A stretch of DNA of 64,000 bases. Source: Candidatus Doudnabacteria bacterium (lineage in GTDB: Bacteria > Patescibacteriota > Doudnabacteria > UBA920 > VMFF01). The stretch lies in contig JAQBQP010000002.1 of assembly GCA_028286905.1 (NCBI GenBank), positions 453,358 through 517,357 of the forward strand, written 5' to 3'. The position numbers and the translations under genes were made by a program. Every line of letters begins with the position of its first letter. The first letter of the stretch is position 1. Under the pieces are notes generated by a model. That model was not told where the DNA came from. It worked only from the letters and a program-made list of their open reading frames with translations, and did not search any database. Positions 1-10,723 of the stretch are shown here, piece by piece.

Positions 1-462
1 TTTTATCAAAACGATAAATATCATTACTCGATTAGCTATCCAGACCTTTGGTATCTAAACGATACCTTCGCTAATGATGACTTTAGCGGCCGAAATGAAG
101 AGAATCAATGCATCGGCGGCGATCTAAATATTACTAACCAAAATCCGTTATATTCCAACAAAGAACAAGCAATAGCCGCAGACAATTTAGTTATGTATAT
201 CTTTAAAGTGAATCCTAAAACAACTTTAAAAGGATTTGCAAAGCTTTATTTTAAAAACGATACTGCGATCACTACATCTGAATTTTCTTTTAACGGCACC
301 CCTGGTTTATTGATTTATACTACTACTCCAGATAATGACAACAAATCAATTACCCAAACCTGGGCGGTAACGAAACGCGATAATCAATTGTTCTTATTTG
401 GCTCAAGCAATGATAAAAATGCATTTAACAAAGTTATTAGTAGTTTTAAATTTATTCAATAA
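1..462 (+). CDS. 5'-truncated exported protein, PsbP-like C-terminal domain
   Basis: Frame 1 is open from base 1 (FYQNDKYHYSISYPDLW...) into the ORF at 193-462; Y.N..Y.YSISYP..W start and F..vi.SFKF end are typical of PsbP-related CPR proteins. Confidence 0.55.
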   Translation, partial: FYQNDKYHYSISYPDLWYLNDTFANDDFSGRNEENQCIGGDLNITNQNPLYSNKEQAIAADNLVMYIFKVNPKTTLKGFAKLYFKNDTAITTSEFSFNGTPGLLIYTTTPDNDNKSITQTWAVTKRDNQLFLFGSSNDKNAFNKVISSFKFIQ

Positions 463-504
463 TTAATGCTGTACTTAAACAATAATTCTTTGTAGACTAA
501 ATAT

Positions 505-1137
505 ATGAAAATAACAAAAATTGGCCATTGCTGCTTAATTATCGAGACCAAGGGTAAAAAAATTGTTACCGACCCTGGGTCTTATACAATTGAAGCAAAT
601 GCTAAAATCGAAAACATCGACTACATTCTCTTCACCCATGAACACCAAGATCACTACCATCTTGAATCATTGAAGGAAATGATGACAAAAAGCCCCCAAG
701 CAGTTGTATACTGTAATGATTCTGTTGCGGCATTATTAAAGACAGCGAACGTCCCGCATACTCAAATTAACCACAACGATACAATTTCCCTTGGAGAAAT
801 TAAAGTTACCGGCATCGGAGAGAAACACGCGATATTACACAGTTCAATTCCGGTTACTTCAAACATTGGCTTCTTAATTGATGACAAACTTTGGTATCCA
901 GGTGATAATTTCACCAATCCAGAATTAGAAATAGAAGTTTTGGCTTTACCAGCGGTAGCACCTTGGTTAAAATTAAGCGAAGTAATTGATTATGCAATTG
1001 CTTTAAAGCCTAAAATTATATTCCCTGTTCACGACAGCGGTGCGCACAGTTTTATGCACCTAATGCTCGAGAAAATACTTAGCAGCCATGATCTGGAATT
1101 TGTGCCAATGTCCGAAAATGATGTAAAAGAGTTTTAA
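505..1137 (+). CDS. MBL-fold metallo-hydrolase
   Basis: GHCC...TDPG, THEHQDH motif, YPGD, PVHD. Confidence 0.9.
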   Translation: MKITKIGHCCLIIETKGKKIVTDPGSYTIEANAKIENIDYILFTHEHQDHYHLESLKEMMTKSPQAVVYCNDSVAALLKTANVPHTQINHNDTISLGEIKVTGIGEKHAILHSSIPVTSNIGFLIDDKLWYPGDNFTNPELEIEVLALPAVAPWLKLSEVIDYAIALKPKIIFPVHDSGAHSFMHLMLEKILSSHDLEFVPMSENDVKEF

Positions 1138-1139
1138 AT

Positions 1140-1173
1140 AAAAATTCCCGCCTAATCACAAGGCGGGAATTTT
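1140..1173. terminator. Bidirectional intrinsic terminator
   Basis: AAAATTCCCGCCT-loop-AGGCGGGAATTTT between convergent genes. Confidence 0.8.
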
Positions 1174-1727
1174 TATTGCAATTCTGCTTCTGGTTTTAAA
1201 TGATCTTTAAAGTTTTTATAGAGTTTTTGAATTTTGGGATCAATAACCAACTGACAGTATGGATTGTTTGGGTTGCGCTTATAATAATCCAAATGATAGT
1301 CTTCGGCAGAGAAAAACTTCGTGAATGGTTCTAATGTTGTAACTATTGGATCAGAAAAATCCTTTAAGTGGTTTTGAATTGATTTTTCTGCCGCTTCTTT
1401 TTGCATTTGGTCGTGAAAGAATACTGCCGAACGATACTGAGTGCCAACATCGTTACCCTGTTTGTTTAATGTTGTTGGATTATGGGTTGCAAAAAATACA
1501 TCTAAAATATTTTCAAAGGAAATTATTTCAGGATCATACTTAATCTGAACCGCTTCGGCATAAGGCGTATTGCCCATGCTAACGCGGTCGTAATTAGGAA
1601 TTTTACCGTCATCTCCGGCATATCCAGAGAGAACTGATTCCACACCCTTTAAACGCTTAAAAATCGCTTCTGTGCACCAGAAACAGCCGCCTGCCAATGT
1701 TGCTACCTCGACTTGGTTGCTATTCAT
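1173..1727 (-). CDS. msrA: Peptide-methionine (S)-S-oxide reductase
   Basis: GGCFWCTEA, QGNDVGTQYRS, AEDYH motifs. Confidence 0.97.
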   Translation of the reverse strand: MNSNQVEVATLAGGCFWCTEAIFKRLKGVESVLSGYAGDDGKIPNYDRVSMGNTPYAEAVQIKYDPEIISFENILDVFFATHNPTTLNKQGNDVGTQYRSAVFFHDQMQKEAAEKSIQNHLKDFSDPIVTTLEPFTKFFSAEDYHLDYYKRNPNNPYCQLVIDPKIQKLYKNFKDHLKPEAELQ

Positions 1728-1897
1728 AGTACTCCTTTTATTACGGGTGAACTAAATTCAAATTAAATATATCATAATTATTATATATCGTCGTGCGCTT
1801 CTTCGACGTAATTCTAAGTTGTGATAAAGGCTGCCCACCAATCCAGAATTAAAAAATCCGCCCCGACTTAGTCGGAACGGATTTTGAGCTGTAAAAA

Positions 1898-2266
1898 CTA
1901 CATGCTTGGCTGAGAAGGAGAAGACATTTTGCTTGTTCCGAAACCTAAGTACAAAAGTACTAAAGTCAAAACGATGTGCAAAATATTGTCAGCCATGTTT
2001 ACATTGATCAAGCTAGTCATCAAAGATGGGGTCACAAAACCAAGGATTGTAACAAGCGCGTAGATAACACCAAAAGTCTTTGCAGCCATTTGGGCAGCGT
2101 CTTCACTCTTTGAAGCTGCGAAGATAAGCAAAAGACCAGAAATTAAGTGAACTAGGTTGTGTACCAAATTTGTACCAAAGATACCCAAGATTGGCATACT
2201 AAAAAAACCAAGGATACCTACTAAAACAAATACTACACCTAGAATCATAACTGCTTTTTTAAGCAT
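1898..2266 (-). CDS. DUF4383-like 4-TM membrane protein
   Basis: HNLVHLISG and ADNILH motifs, hydrophobic. Confidence 0.8.
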   Translation of the reverse strand: MLKKAVMILGVVFVLVGILGFFSMPILGIFGTNLVHNLVHLISGLLLIFAASKSEDAAQMAAKTFGVIYALVTILGFVTPSLMTSLINVNMADNILHIVLTLVLLYLGFGTSKMSSPSQPSM

Positions 2267-2412
2267 AATTTTATATAAATTTTAATTTTTACCAAATAAG
2301 AAACTTATAAATATGGCGTTCGACCTACGCTTTTCATAAATTAAGCATAATACATTTAAACAAATAAGTAAATTAAGAATTATACTTAATGTATATACAA
2401 AAAGTACAATAT

Positions 2413-3984
2413 TTATGCCAATTCTTCCCCAAAAACCTCTAAAGCTATACTAGAGGTGTCTGAGTTTTCCGCAGCTTCTACTTTCTCTAAAATTGTAGTC
2501 AAACGGAATTTGGTATTAAAATGACCATTCATTACACCCAAAAACGTGCTTTTATTTTTATAGGCATCCAAACTATCTTTATGAAATTTATAATTAAAGG
2601 CAATCACAATTATATTTTGTTCAACGCTTTTTACCTGAGCGCTTTTCATTACAGTCAGCAAAGTACTAGCCACCGCGCGCACCTTCTGCATTAGCTCCGG
2701 CCAGGCCAATAAAACCTCTTGGTAAGATACTATTTTCAAATCTGCGAAGTCTTGATCTGATTCTTCCTCTAAATTTTGTTGCACCACGGGCTTAAAAGAT
2801 TCTTCTTCTACAAAATTTGTTGAGTGCTGAGGCTTCGCAGCTGATGCAAGTGAGCTGACCGGCGTGGTTTTTACACTGGCGGTGCTTTGTAACGATGCCG
2901 GCATGGCATTAAGCTGCTGCCCAAGGCAGGCTTCAGCTGCTGCAATCTCCACTGGCAGTTCAGAATTCGGACTAATTTGAAAATCTTTATTGGCGCGCAA
3001 AAACAATCGAATAATAAATAACAACTGGTTCGGTTTAATCTGTTCTACTTGGCGATTTAAATTTTTAATTTGATTTTGGTCAAAAGCGAAGTTAATATTA
3101 CCGCCTAGCGATACTAACAAAACTTTTCTTAAATATTCTAGAAAATCTTTATTAAACTGAATTGGGTCTACTCCCCCAGCAAACTGCTCTTGTAAAAAAT
3201 TTAGCGCTTTTGCAGAGTCTTTTACAACTAGCAAGTCTAAGAAGTTTTGTGCAGCCAGTATATTTGTTAAACCCAAAAGTTTTTCTGCCTGAGCAATATC
3301 AATATTATCAAATGTAGAAAGTTTGTCTAAAATGGAAAGCGCGTCACGTACGCTCCCCTCTGCGCTGTTCAAAACTAGTTCTAAACTAGCGTCATCAATT
3401 TTAATTTTCTCTTTTTTTGAAATGTCTTTTAAATGCGCGAGCAGCTTTTGGTTGTCGATTTTTTTAAAATCAAAGCGCTGCGTTCTTGAAATTATTGTTG
3501 CTGGCACCTTATGTATTTCTGTGGTGGCTAAGATGAACACCGCGTGCTGCGGCGGTTCTTCTAAAGTTTTCAGGAGCGCGTTAAAAGCCCCTTTTGAAAG
3601 CATGTGCACTTCGTCGATAATAAAAACTTTGTACTTTGATTGGGTTGGACTAAACTTCAAATGTTCAATTATCTCGCGAATGTTTTCAACTCCGGTATTT
3701 GAAGCAGCGTCGATCTCAATCAAATCTAAACTATTATTTTCCAAAAACTGTTTGCAAATTGCACAGTTATTGCAAGGTTCACCATTTTTTTGCTCTGGAC
3801 AGTTTATTGCTCTAGCTAAAATTCGAGCGACTGATGTTTTACCTGTACCGCGAGTGCCTGTAAACAAATAGGCATGTGCAAAACTCCCGGCTGCAACAGC
3901 CTTCTGTAGAGTTGTTTTGATATGTTCCTGGCCAATTACTTCTGCAAAGTTTTTAGGCCTATAATTTCTGTATAAAACCGGCAT
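2413..3984 (-). CDS. dnaX: DNA polymerase III subunit gamma/tau
   Basis: LYRNYRP, GTRGTGKTS, C4 zinc site, IIDEVHMLS, NALLKTLEEPP. Confidence 0.97.
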   Translation of the reverse strand: MPVLYRNYRPKNFAEVIGQEHIKTTLQKAVAAGSFAHAYLFTGTRGTGKTSVARILARAINCPEQKNGEPCNNCAICKQFLENNSLDLIEIDAASNTGVENIREIIEHLKFSPTQSKYKVFIIDEVHMLSKGAFNALLKTLEEPPQHAVFILATTEIHKVPATIISRTQRFDFKKIDNQKLLAHLKDISKKEKIKIDDASLELVLNSAEGSVRDALSILDKLSTFDNIDIAQAEKLLGLTNILAAQNFLDLLVVKDSAKALNFLQEQFAGGVDPIQFNKDFLEYLRKVLLVSLGGNINFAFDQNQIKNLNRQVEQIKPNQLLFIIRLFLRANKDFQISPNSELPVEIAAAEACLGQQLNAMPASLQSTASVKTTPVSSLASAAKPQHSTNFVEEESFKPVVQQNLEEESDQDFADLKIVSYQEVLLAWPELMQKVRAVASTLLTVMKSAQVKSVEQNIIVIAFNYKFHKDSLDAYKNKSTFLGVMNGHFNTKFRLTTILEKVEAAENSDTSSIALEVFGEELA

Positions 3985-4010
3985 AAATCTATTATAGCAC
4001 CTAAAGTTTT

Positions 4011-4463
4011 TTAGCGAATAGTTGGCAGCTCACTCTTCTTAAAAACAACGAGCTTATAGCCAAAAAAGTTCCAAACTAAGCCAATTGCGGTACCGCAAAG
4101 CGCGCCGAACCCTGGCCAATAAACAGCCAAGCTCTCCGGATGGCCAATGTATTTAACTACCAGAGTAGCCACGCCAACATTTATAAAAAATCCGATTATA
4201 CTAACAATAAAAAATTCACTTAATTCCACAACCTCATTTTGCTTGCGACTCCCAGCGAAGGTCCAATATTTATTCATGAAATAGCTGTTTACCAAAGCAA
4301 TGACGAAAGATATCGATTTAAATACTATATAATAAATGCCATCTTTACCTTTTCCGCCACTAAGCCCAATTAGCAAATATAAAATTACCAGATCAATTCC
4401 GGTATTAATTATCCCAACTATAATGAAGCGAAAGATCTGTTTCGCTAATTGTTTATCAATCAT
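4011..4463 (-). CDS. GtrA family membrane protein
   Basis: RFIIVGIINTGID, NSYFMNKYWTF, WNFFGYKLVVF. Confidence 0.9.
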   Translation of the reverse strand: MIDKQLAKQIFRFIIVGIINTGIDLVILYLLIGLSGGKGKDGIYYIVFKSISFVIALVNSYFMNKYWTFAGSRKQNEVVELSEFFIVSIIGFFINVGVATLVVKYIGHPESLAVYWPGFGALCGTAIGLVWNFFGYKLVVFKKSELPTIR

Positions 4464-4484
4464 AGGTTTTAGGTGCTACTTAAA

Positions 4485-5117
4485 TTAAACTTCGTCCATT
4501 TCGTGCTCTTCTGGATTTGTAGCGCGTTTTGGAGATTCAGAATCATCGTTAAGTTCAAAGTCGGCCGGATGATCGCCAGGATTTTTAATAACATTTTCTA
4601 CTGCTGCCCAATTCGAATCTGAATCTTTTGGCACCACAATAGTAACTTGGTCACCAACATCAGCTTTAAAATAAGTTAAAGATGCTAGTAAAACTTTATA
4701 AGCTTTTCCGTCGGCAATAATTTTGTGGTCGCCCTTGTCATCTTTAGTTAACAAGCCAATGATTTTTCTGCGTTCAATTGGACCAATTTGTTTGTAAATA
4801 AAGGAGCCATCTTCGCTGATGGTTAACTTCAAAACATCGCCCTCGATCAATTTGCTCTTAGAGGCATAGTTCGCTGGAACTGGATATTGCTTGCCGTCCG
4901 GCCCAATCATGTTCTGACCATCAAAAACACCTTCTACTACCTTACCGCCATCGGATACCGAAAGCATCTGAGCTTTCTCAGTAAATTTAGCGCTTTGATC
5001 AAAGCTTAATTCTTTTCCGCCCATCATCTCCTTTAATAACTGTTTCGCAGAACGAATATTCTTTTCCGCTGAATCAATCATCTGGACGATAAGGGCCAAA
5101 TTCGATAATTTATCCAT
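4485..5117 (-). CDS. Conserved CPR-type hypothetical protein
   Basis: EGVFDGQNM...YPVPANYASKSKL.EGD.LKL motif recalled from Patescibacteria proteins. Confidence 0.7.
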   Translation of the reverse strand: MDKLSNLALIVQMIDSAEKNIRSAKQLLKEMMGGKELSFDQSAKFTEKAQMLSVSDGGKVVEGVFDGQNMIGPDGKQYPVPANYASKSKLIEGDVLKLTISEDGSFIYKQIGPIERRKIIGLLTKDDKGDHKIIADGKAYKVLLASLTYFKADVGDQVTIVVPKDSDSNWAAVENVIKNPGDHPADFELNDDSESPKRATNPEEHEMDEV

Positions 5118-5275
5118 AATTTCCTTATATTTATTTTAAATTTATTTTTGTTTGCGTTTGGCTATATTTAGCCTGGGACCGGCCTTTTGTTTTTATATCA
5201 AATAGATCCGTTCTTAACAATGTATATTATAACACAGGTTTTATGAAGAATAGGTGAAGAGTTGTCCCCTGCTGT

Positions 5276-7786
5276 TTATAACCCTTTTTCAACCGCGGCA
5301 GGGCCTGCAGACATGAATTCAGCCACCTGGCTGCTCTCTAACAAATTTGCTTCCACTTCTTGGCGTGAGCGGCCAAACTTTAAACGTGAAAGCTGTCGAA
5401 TAGCATTAGCGATCTCTTTAGAGCCTCCTGCAGGTGGTGGTAAGGTTCCAATATTAAAAGGCTTTGATGCAGTGCCTTTTACCATTAATTTTACGTACGC
5501 ATTAAAACGATCGATGTTAACCAAATCAAACTCATTAAAGACTGGGGCAAATTCTTTAGCCATAACTTCGGCATCTTCAACTCCAATACGGAAAGCTATT
5601 TCAGTACCGACGTTTCCGAACACCGCATCGCGAACATCTTTGCTACCTGCACCAGCCGCTCCCGCGCCTTGTTCCAATTGTCCTAAATATTGGTGGGCAA
5701 TAATTAAGTTCAAGTGATATTTTCGGGCTTCTGAAAGAATTGATGAGAAAGCATCTGTAATAAAGTTTTGGAATTCGTCGACATACAGATAAAAATCTTT
5801 ACGATCATCTTCATTTGGAATATCTGTTCTAGAAAGCGCGGCCATCTGTAATTTAGAAACGATCATTAAACCTAAAAGCTTGGCATTAATTTCGCCGGTT
5901 TTGCCTTTTGCCAAATTTACCAACAAAATCTTTTTATTATCCATGACATCACGGAAGTCAAAACCGGATTTTGATTGACCAATAATATTACGGATCATTG
6001 AATTTTCCACAAATCTTCCCACTTTTGAAATTAAATAGCCAAGCATTTCGGATTTATGAAAATCGGAAGTCTTTGCCATTTCTTTTTCCCAATAATTTCG
6101 AACAACTAGGTCCTTAACCTTGGAAACTTTATATTTTTGGAATTCCACATCGGTAAAAATTCTTGGAATATCTGCAATTGTCCCTGGGTGCTCATCATCT
6201 GCCATTAAAGTCAGCATCGCGTTACGCATGTTGTGTTCGAACATCGGACCAAGCATTGCTGGATCTGTCACTAACTTATAGAAAATTGAAATCATCTCCT
6301 GAACAGCAAAATCTTTTTGTTCTTCGCTTTTTACTTCCAGAATATTCAAACCCATCGGTCGGTCCAGATCAAACGGCTCAAAAAGAATTACATCTTCAGC
6401 GCGCTCTTTCGGAATATGCGGCAAAATATGTTCGATCAAATCACCATGCGGGTCAACCACACAAACGCCTTCGCCGTTAATGATGTCCTGGATTACCATG
6501 TTTTCCATCAAAACTGATTTACCCGAACCAGTACGGCCAATAATGTACATATGTTTGCCGCGGTCTTCTCTGGCAATTTTTATTTCGGTTTTAACATTGC
6601 GGAAATTATTTATTCCCAACAAAGTTCCTTCGGTAGCCAGGTTTGTAGGTGCCGGCGCTTTTTTGGATAGCAGCCATTTAATATTTGGCGTTTCAACAAA
6701 CGGTGTTGGCAAATGCCAAATACTTGCCAACTCTTCAGTATTTAAAATAGTTTCTTTACCGTAATCATTAAAAACACGGAAAATGTAATCCAATAAAATG
6801 CTTTTATCGTTGCGCTTTTTAACTTTGAAACCATTAAAAGGCGGCATCGAATATTGCATGAAAGAGGATAGCAGGTTGCGCATATGCAAATCGGCGCTAG
6901 TCATATCCGTAGCAGAAGTAATAATTCGAAGATTAGTTTTGAAGCCCGGCCTGCTGGCCTTTTCTTCTAAGCGCTTAACGATATCCTGCTGCATCGGCGT
7001 TAAATTTATCGGACTATGTTGGCCCGTTAAATCTTTGTGGTCGTGAGACTTGGATTTATTTGAAGAAGAAAAAATATCATGAATCGCACGGGCAAATACA
7101 CCCTTCTCTACTAATGAAGGGTTTTTGCCTTGCTGAATTTCTAAAGCCATATGCCTTGGCTTACTTTGCCAGGAACTACCCGCCGGACTAACAATAAGCT
7201 GAATAACCGCGCCTTCATTTTGATCCATCTTAGACATTGCACTGGTAATCGCATTTAAAGGATCCGATTCCATTAGCTTGTAGGTGCGAAATGGATAAAC
7301 ATAATTCTTTTGTAAGACTAATTCTGCGGTAGACTGAACTGTTTTTGGCGCGAAGGGGTTGTAACCATGTACTTTCTCAATTTGAGCTTCCGGATATTGG
7401 CCATGCACTTGCTTTTCAATTAAGTCCTTAAGCTCGTTTGAGCAGTTAATATAAAAAGAAATTTTCTTATCAACAGCTGCTATTTCGAAAGAAATGTAAT
7501 CATGGTGGCTAAAAAAGCCTTCTTTTCTGCCAGCTTCTGCTAAAGTGGTATAAATTTGTTCAGCAACAGCAATCATCTGCTTCTGATGTTCTTGATCTCG
7601 GTTTTTATCACCTTCTGCGATTTGTTTTGGTACTTGAATTTCAAAAAATACCGAAGTTTTCAAACGTGGCATTACTAATTTAGAAAACTTCCGATGACGT
7701 TTCCAATAATGCCAAACGACAATAAAAAACCCTACAACCGCAATTGCAAGGATTAAATATAAGATTAAAAGTGTAGTTGAGTTCAT
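5276..7786 (-). CDS. VirD4/TraG/HerA-like (DUF87) membrane-anchored ATPase
   Basis: N-terminal TM, Walker A GRTGSGKS, DPHGDL, YVDEFQNF, EARKY. Confidence 0.85.
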   Translation of the reverse strand: MNSTTLLILYLILAIAVVGFFIVVWHYWKRHRKFSKLVMPRLKTSVFFEIQVPKQIAEGDKNRDQEHQKQMIAVAEQIYTTLAEAGRKEGFFSHHDYISFEIAAVDKKISFYINCSNELKDLIEKQVHGQYPEAQIEKVHGYNPFAPKTVQSTAELVLQKNYVYPFRTYKLMESDPLNAITSAMSKMDQNEGAVIQLIVSPAGSSWQSKPRHMALEIQQGKNPSLVEKGVFARAIHDIFSSSNKSKSHDHKDLTGQHSPINLTPMQQDIVKRLEEKASRPGFKTNLRIITSATDMTSADLHMRNLLSSFMQYSMPPFNGFKVKKRNDKSILLDYIFRVFNDYGKETILNTEELASIWHLPTPFVETPNIKWLLSKKAPAPTNLATEGTLLGINNFRNVKTEIKIAREDRGKHMYIIGRTGSGKSVLMENMVIQDIINGEGVCVVDPHGDLIEHILPHIPKERAEDVILFEPFDLDRPMGLNILEVKSEEQKDFAVQEMISIFYKLVTDPAMLGPMFEHNMRNAMLTLMADDEHPGTIADIPRIFTDVEFQKYKVSKVKDLVVRNYWEKEMAKTSDFHKSEMLGYLISKVGRFVENSMIRNIIGQSKSGFDFRDVMDNKKILLVNLAKGKTGEINAKLLGLMIVSKLQMAALSRTDIPNEDDRKDFYLYVDEFQNFITDAFSSILSEARKYHLNLIIAHQYLGQLEQGAGAAGAGSKDVRDAVFGNVGTEIAFRIGVEDAEVMAKEFAPVFNEFDLVNIDRFNAYVKLMVKGTASKPFNIGTLPPPAGGSKEIANAIRQLSRLKFGRSRQEVEANLLESSQVAEFMSAGPAAVEKGL

Positions 7787-7831
7787 TTATTTTTTATTTT
7801 GATTTTGATTTTGAGTTTTTGAACGATCTGG

Positions 7832-8236
7832 CTATTTATTTTCTTCGTCTGAGTTCTTACCAACGAATTTTAGCATGTCATTTACTAAGTCATGCGGGTC
7901 TTTGTTAAATATTTCTGATTCAGCCGCCGGATCCTCGCCATCCCCAATCACCTTTTCAATCAGCTGAATCGTGTCGGATTTAGATGTAGTATCTGCAGAG
8001 ATATGGATTTCTGAACCTTGCAAAGGCACTTCTTTTTCGATAAGCCTACCATCAGCGCTAAAAATCGGCACATTTGATGGTTCCTCGATTGAATAATGCT
8101 TTACCGGCTCAGGAGCTGGCACTTCCAGTTTTTCTGAACGATCTAGTCTTGGCTTAAGTGAAACTTCTTTTTCTGTTTTACTTAAGTCTAATTTTTCGGA
8201 TTTAATTTCTTCTGGCATAATTTCCTTATTTAACAA
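7832..8236 (-). CDS. Hypothetical acidic protein (start may be 8218)
   Basis: ORF track; host-like composition. Confidence 0.55.
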   Translation of the reverse strand: MLNKEIMPEEIKSEKLDLSKTEKEVSLKPRLDRSEKLEVPAPEPVKHYSIEEPSNVPIFSADGRLIEKEVPLQGSEIHISADTTSKSDTIQLIEKVIGDGEDPAAESEIFNKDPHDLVNDMLKFVGKNSDEENK

Positions 8237-8327
8237 TATTATAACACTAATTTGCCTTTAAGTTAACATCGAATTATAATACAAATGAAGTTAGTTGTAA
8301 AGACTGAAACAAAAACTATAAAACTAG

Positions 8328-9248
8328 ATGAGTTTAAAAATAATCCATACTAAAAATCTTCGTTGGATTGATATCATGAACCCAGGTAAGGAGGAGATCG
8401 ATTACTTAAAGAAGAATTTCGATTTTCATCCATTGGACTACGAGGACATTTTAGGCAATTCCCAACATACTAAAATGGAGACCCACAAGGACTACAGCTT
8501 GTTGGTGCTTCTTTTTCCGGTTTATAATCGCCAAACTAAAGAAATTTCTCCCGGAGAAGTAGATTTTTTCGTGGGTAAAGATTATTTAATCACAATTCAT
8601 GATGGTGCAATGTACACTTTGGTGAAGCTAGTGAACAGTACTCATACGGAATTAGCAAACCGCCAAGAGTTCATGTCCAAGAACTCCGGATATCTGCTTT
8701 ACCAAATTCTTGAGTCTTTATTTAGACGCAGCTTTCCAATTCTGGATCATATCAATAAGGATATGAATGAGATTGAAAAAAATGTTTTTTGGGACTTAAG
8801 CTTACGAATGTTAGAGAATATTTCTTTAATGAAAAGGAATATAATTGATTTTCGCAGAATAATGAAAACTCACCACTTGGTGATCAAACGTTTAATTCAG
8901 AAAAAAGAAACTTACCTAACTTTTACGGACAGCAAAGTTTATTACAGCAATCTTTTAGAACATTCGGAAAGCATTTGGGATATTTTAGCCATTCAAAAGG
9001 AAACAATTGAAGCGCTTCAAGACGCCAGCACTTCACTAGCGACCAACCGCTTAAACAAAACTACAAAAATAGTAACCATTCTATCGGCATTGTTTCTGCC
9101 AGCCACATTTGTTATGTTTATGTTTGGAGTAAAGACCGCAAGTTTGCCACTTGAACACAATCCTTATGGCTTCGAAATAATTGTGGCGATTTCTGTTGGC
9201 AGCTCGGTACTCACTTACATATTGTTCAAAAAGAAGAAATGGCTTTAA
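8328..9248 (+). CDS. corA: CorA family Mg/Co transporter
   Basis: WIDI..P, FDFHPLD.ED, two C-terminal TMs; signature GMN reads GVK here. Confidence 0.85.
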   Translation: MSLKIIHTKNLRWIDIMNPGKEEIDYLKKNFDFHPLDYEDILGNSQHTKMETHKDYSLLVLLFPVYNRQTKEISPGEVDFFVGKDYLITIHDGAMYTLVKLVNSTHTELANRQEFMSKNSGYLLYQILESLFRRSFPILDHINKDMNEIEKNVFWDLSLRMLENISLMKRNIIDFRRIMKTHHLVIKRLIQKKETYLTFTDSKVYYSNLLEHSESIWDILAIQKETIEALQDASTSLATNRLNKTTKIVTILSALFLPATFVMFMFGVKTASLPLEHNPYGFEIIVAISVGSSVLTYILFKKKKWL

Positions 9249-9252
9249 ATCT

Positions 9253-10671
9253 ATGAAATTTAGCTTTTATAACACTCTTAAACACCGGATTGAACAGTTT
9301 AAACCGCTAAATAAAGCTGAGGTTAAGCTATACACTTGCGGACCTACTGTTTATAACCATGCCCATATCGGCAACCTTCGAGCTTATCTAAGTGCGGATA
9401 TTTTAAAGCGCGCATTGCAATTTAATGATTACGATGTAAATTGGGTAATGAACATTACGGATATTGATGACAAAACAATTGCAAATACAATAAAAGAACA
9501 TGGAAACAGTGCAAATGTTGAAAATTTAAAAGAATTTACCAATCGTTTTTACCAGATTTTTTTAGAAGATTTAAAAAAAATTAATATCGAACCAAAGGAT
9601 ATCAGTTTCGTAAAGGTTACCGAAAAAATTGCTGATATCCAAGAGTATATCGTTAAGCTAATGGAAAAAGGCTACGCTTACAAAACTGAAGACGGATCAA
9701 CTTACTTTAGCATCGCAAAATATCAAAAAGACTTTGGCGATTATGGCGATTTAGTTGGAGAGAAGTTTATCGAAGGAAAAAAGATTGGCGCACGAGTTAA
9801 GGTAGATGAATACGATAAGGAAAATTTATCAGACTTTGCTTTGTGGAAAGCACATGGCGATGATGATGCAGAAATTTTTTGGGACCATCCAGTGCTCGGC
9901 AAAGGCCGTCCTGGCTGGCATATTGAGTGTACTCTAATTAACTATTACAAATTCCCTTCCGGAACCGACATTCATACTGGCGGTATAGACTTATTATTTC
10001 CGCACCACACTAACGAGATCGCCCAAGGCCAAGCTTTGTATCGTCCTTATGTAAACTATTGGATGCACTCCGACCATATTCAGGTTAAAGGCACAAAAAT
10101 GGCAAAAAGTGCTGGAAATTTTCTATTGTTAAGTAATTTAGAGCAGCGTTATATTAATCCCCTGGCTTTTAGATATTTAATATTACAATCTCACTACAAG
10201 AGCAAGTTAAATATTACTGATGAGAGCTTGGCGGCGGCACAATCTGGTTATAACAATATTATTAAAGAGATCAGTAAATTAAAAAACGAAAGTAATCCTA
10301 GCATTACGGCTACCCCAAACGCTATATTAGTGGATAAATTTAGACAAGCGATCAATAATGATTTAAACACTTCCGAAGCAACTGCGATAATATTTAAAAT
10401 ATTAGATTCGGAAATATCCGTTGAAGAAAAGTTACAGACTCTTTATAAAATAGATGAGGTTTTAGGTTTAAGCTTAGAGAACTCTTACGCCCCTGATATT
10501 ATTAAAATTTCTGATCTACCGGAAAAAATTCAAATTTTAATTCAAAAAAGAGACGCCGCTCGAAAAAATAAAGATTATAGCGCTTCCGACCAACTTCGCT
10601 CCGAGCTCGAAGAACTTGGCTATCTGGTGGAAGATTCTCCGAAAGGCACCAAAGTTCAAAGAAAACCATAA
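9253..10671 (+). CDS. cysS: Cysteine--tRNA ligase
   Basis: YTCGPTVY, HIGN, GRPGWHIEC, KMAKS; ATG at 9253 (MKFSFYNTL). Confidence 0.97.
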   Translation: MKFSFYNTLKHRIEQFKPLNKAEVKLYTCGPTVYNHAHIGNLRAYLSADILKRALQFNDYDVNWVMNITDIDDKTIANTIKEHGNSANVENLKEFTNRFYQIFLEDLKKINIEPKDISFVKVTEKIADIQEYIVKLMEKGYAYKTEDGSTYFSIAKYQKDFGDYGDLVGEKFIEGKKIGARVKVDEYDKENLSDFALWKAHGDDDAEIFWDHPVLGKGRPGWHIECTLINYYKFPSGTDIHTGGIDLLFPHHTNEIAQGQALYRPYVNYWMHSDHIQVKGTKMAKSAGNFLLLSNLEQRYINPLAFRYLILQSHYKSKLNITDESLAAAQSGYNNIIKEISKLKNESNPSITATPNAILVDKFRQAINNDLNTSEATAIIFKILDSEISVEEKLQTLYKIDEVLGLSLENSYAPDIIKISDLPEKIQILIQKRDAARKNKDYSASDQLRSELEELGYLVEDSPKGTKVQRKP

Positions 10672-10723
10672 GCAGCAGTACAACCTTGCCATAAGCAAGG
10701 TTTTATTGTAGAATAAATCCCAT

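Noticed and set aside
3323-7046. Antisense ORFs over dnaX and the ATPase (and similar ones throughout the window)
   Set aside because: Fully overlap well-supported genes on the opposite strand
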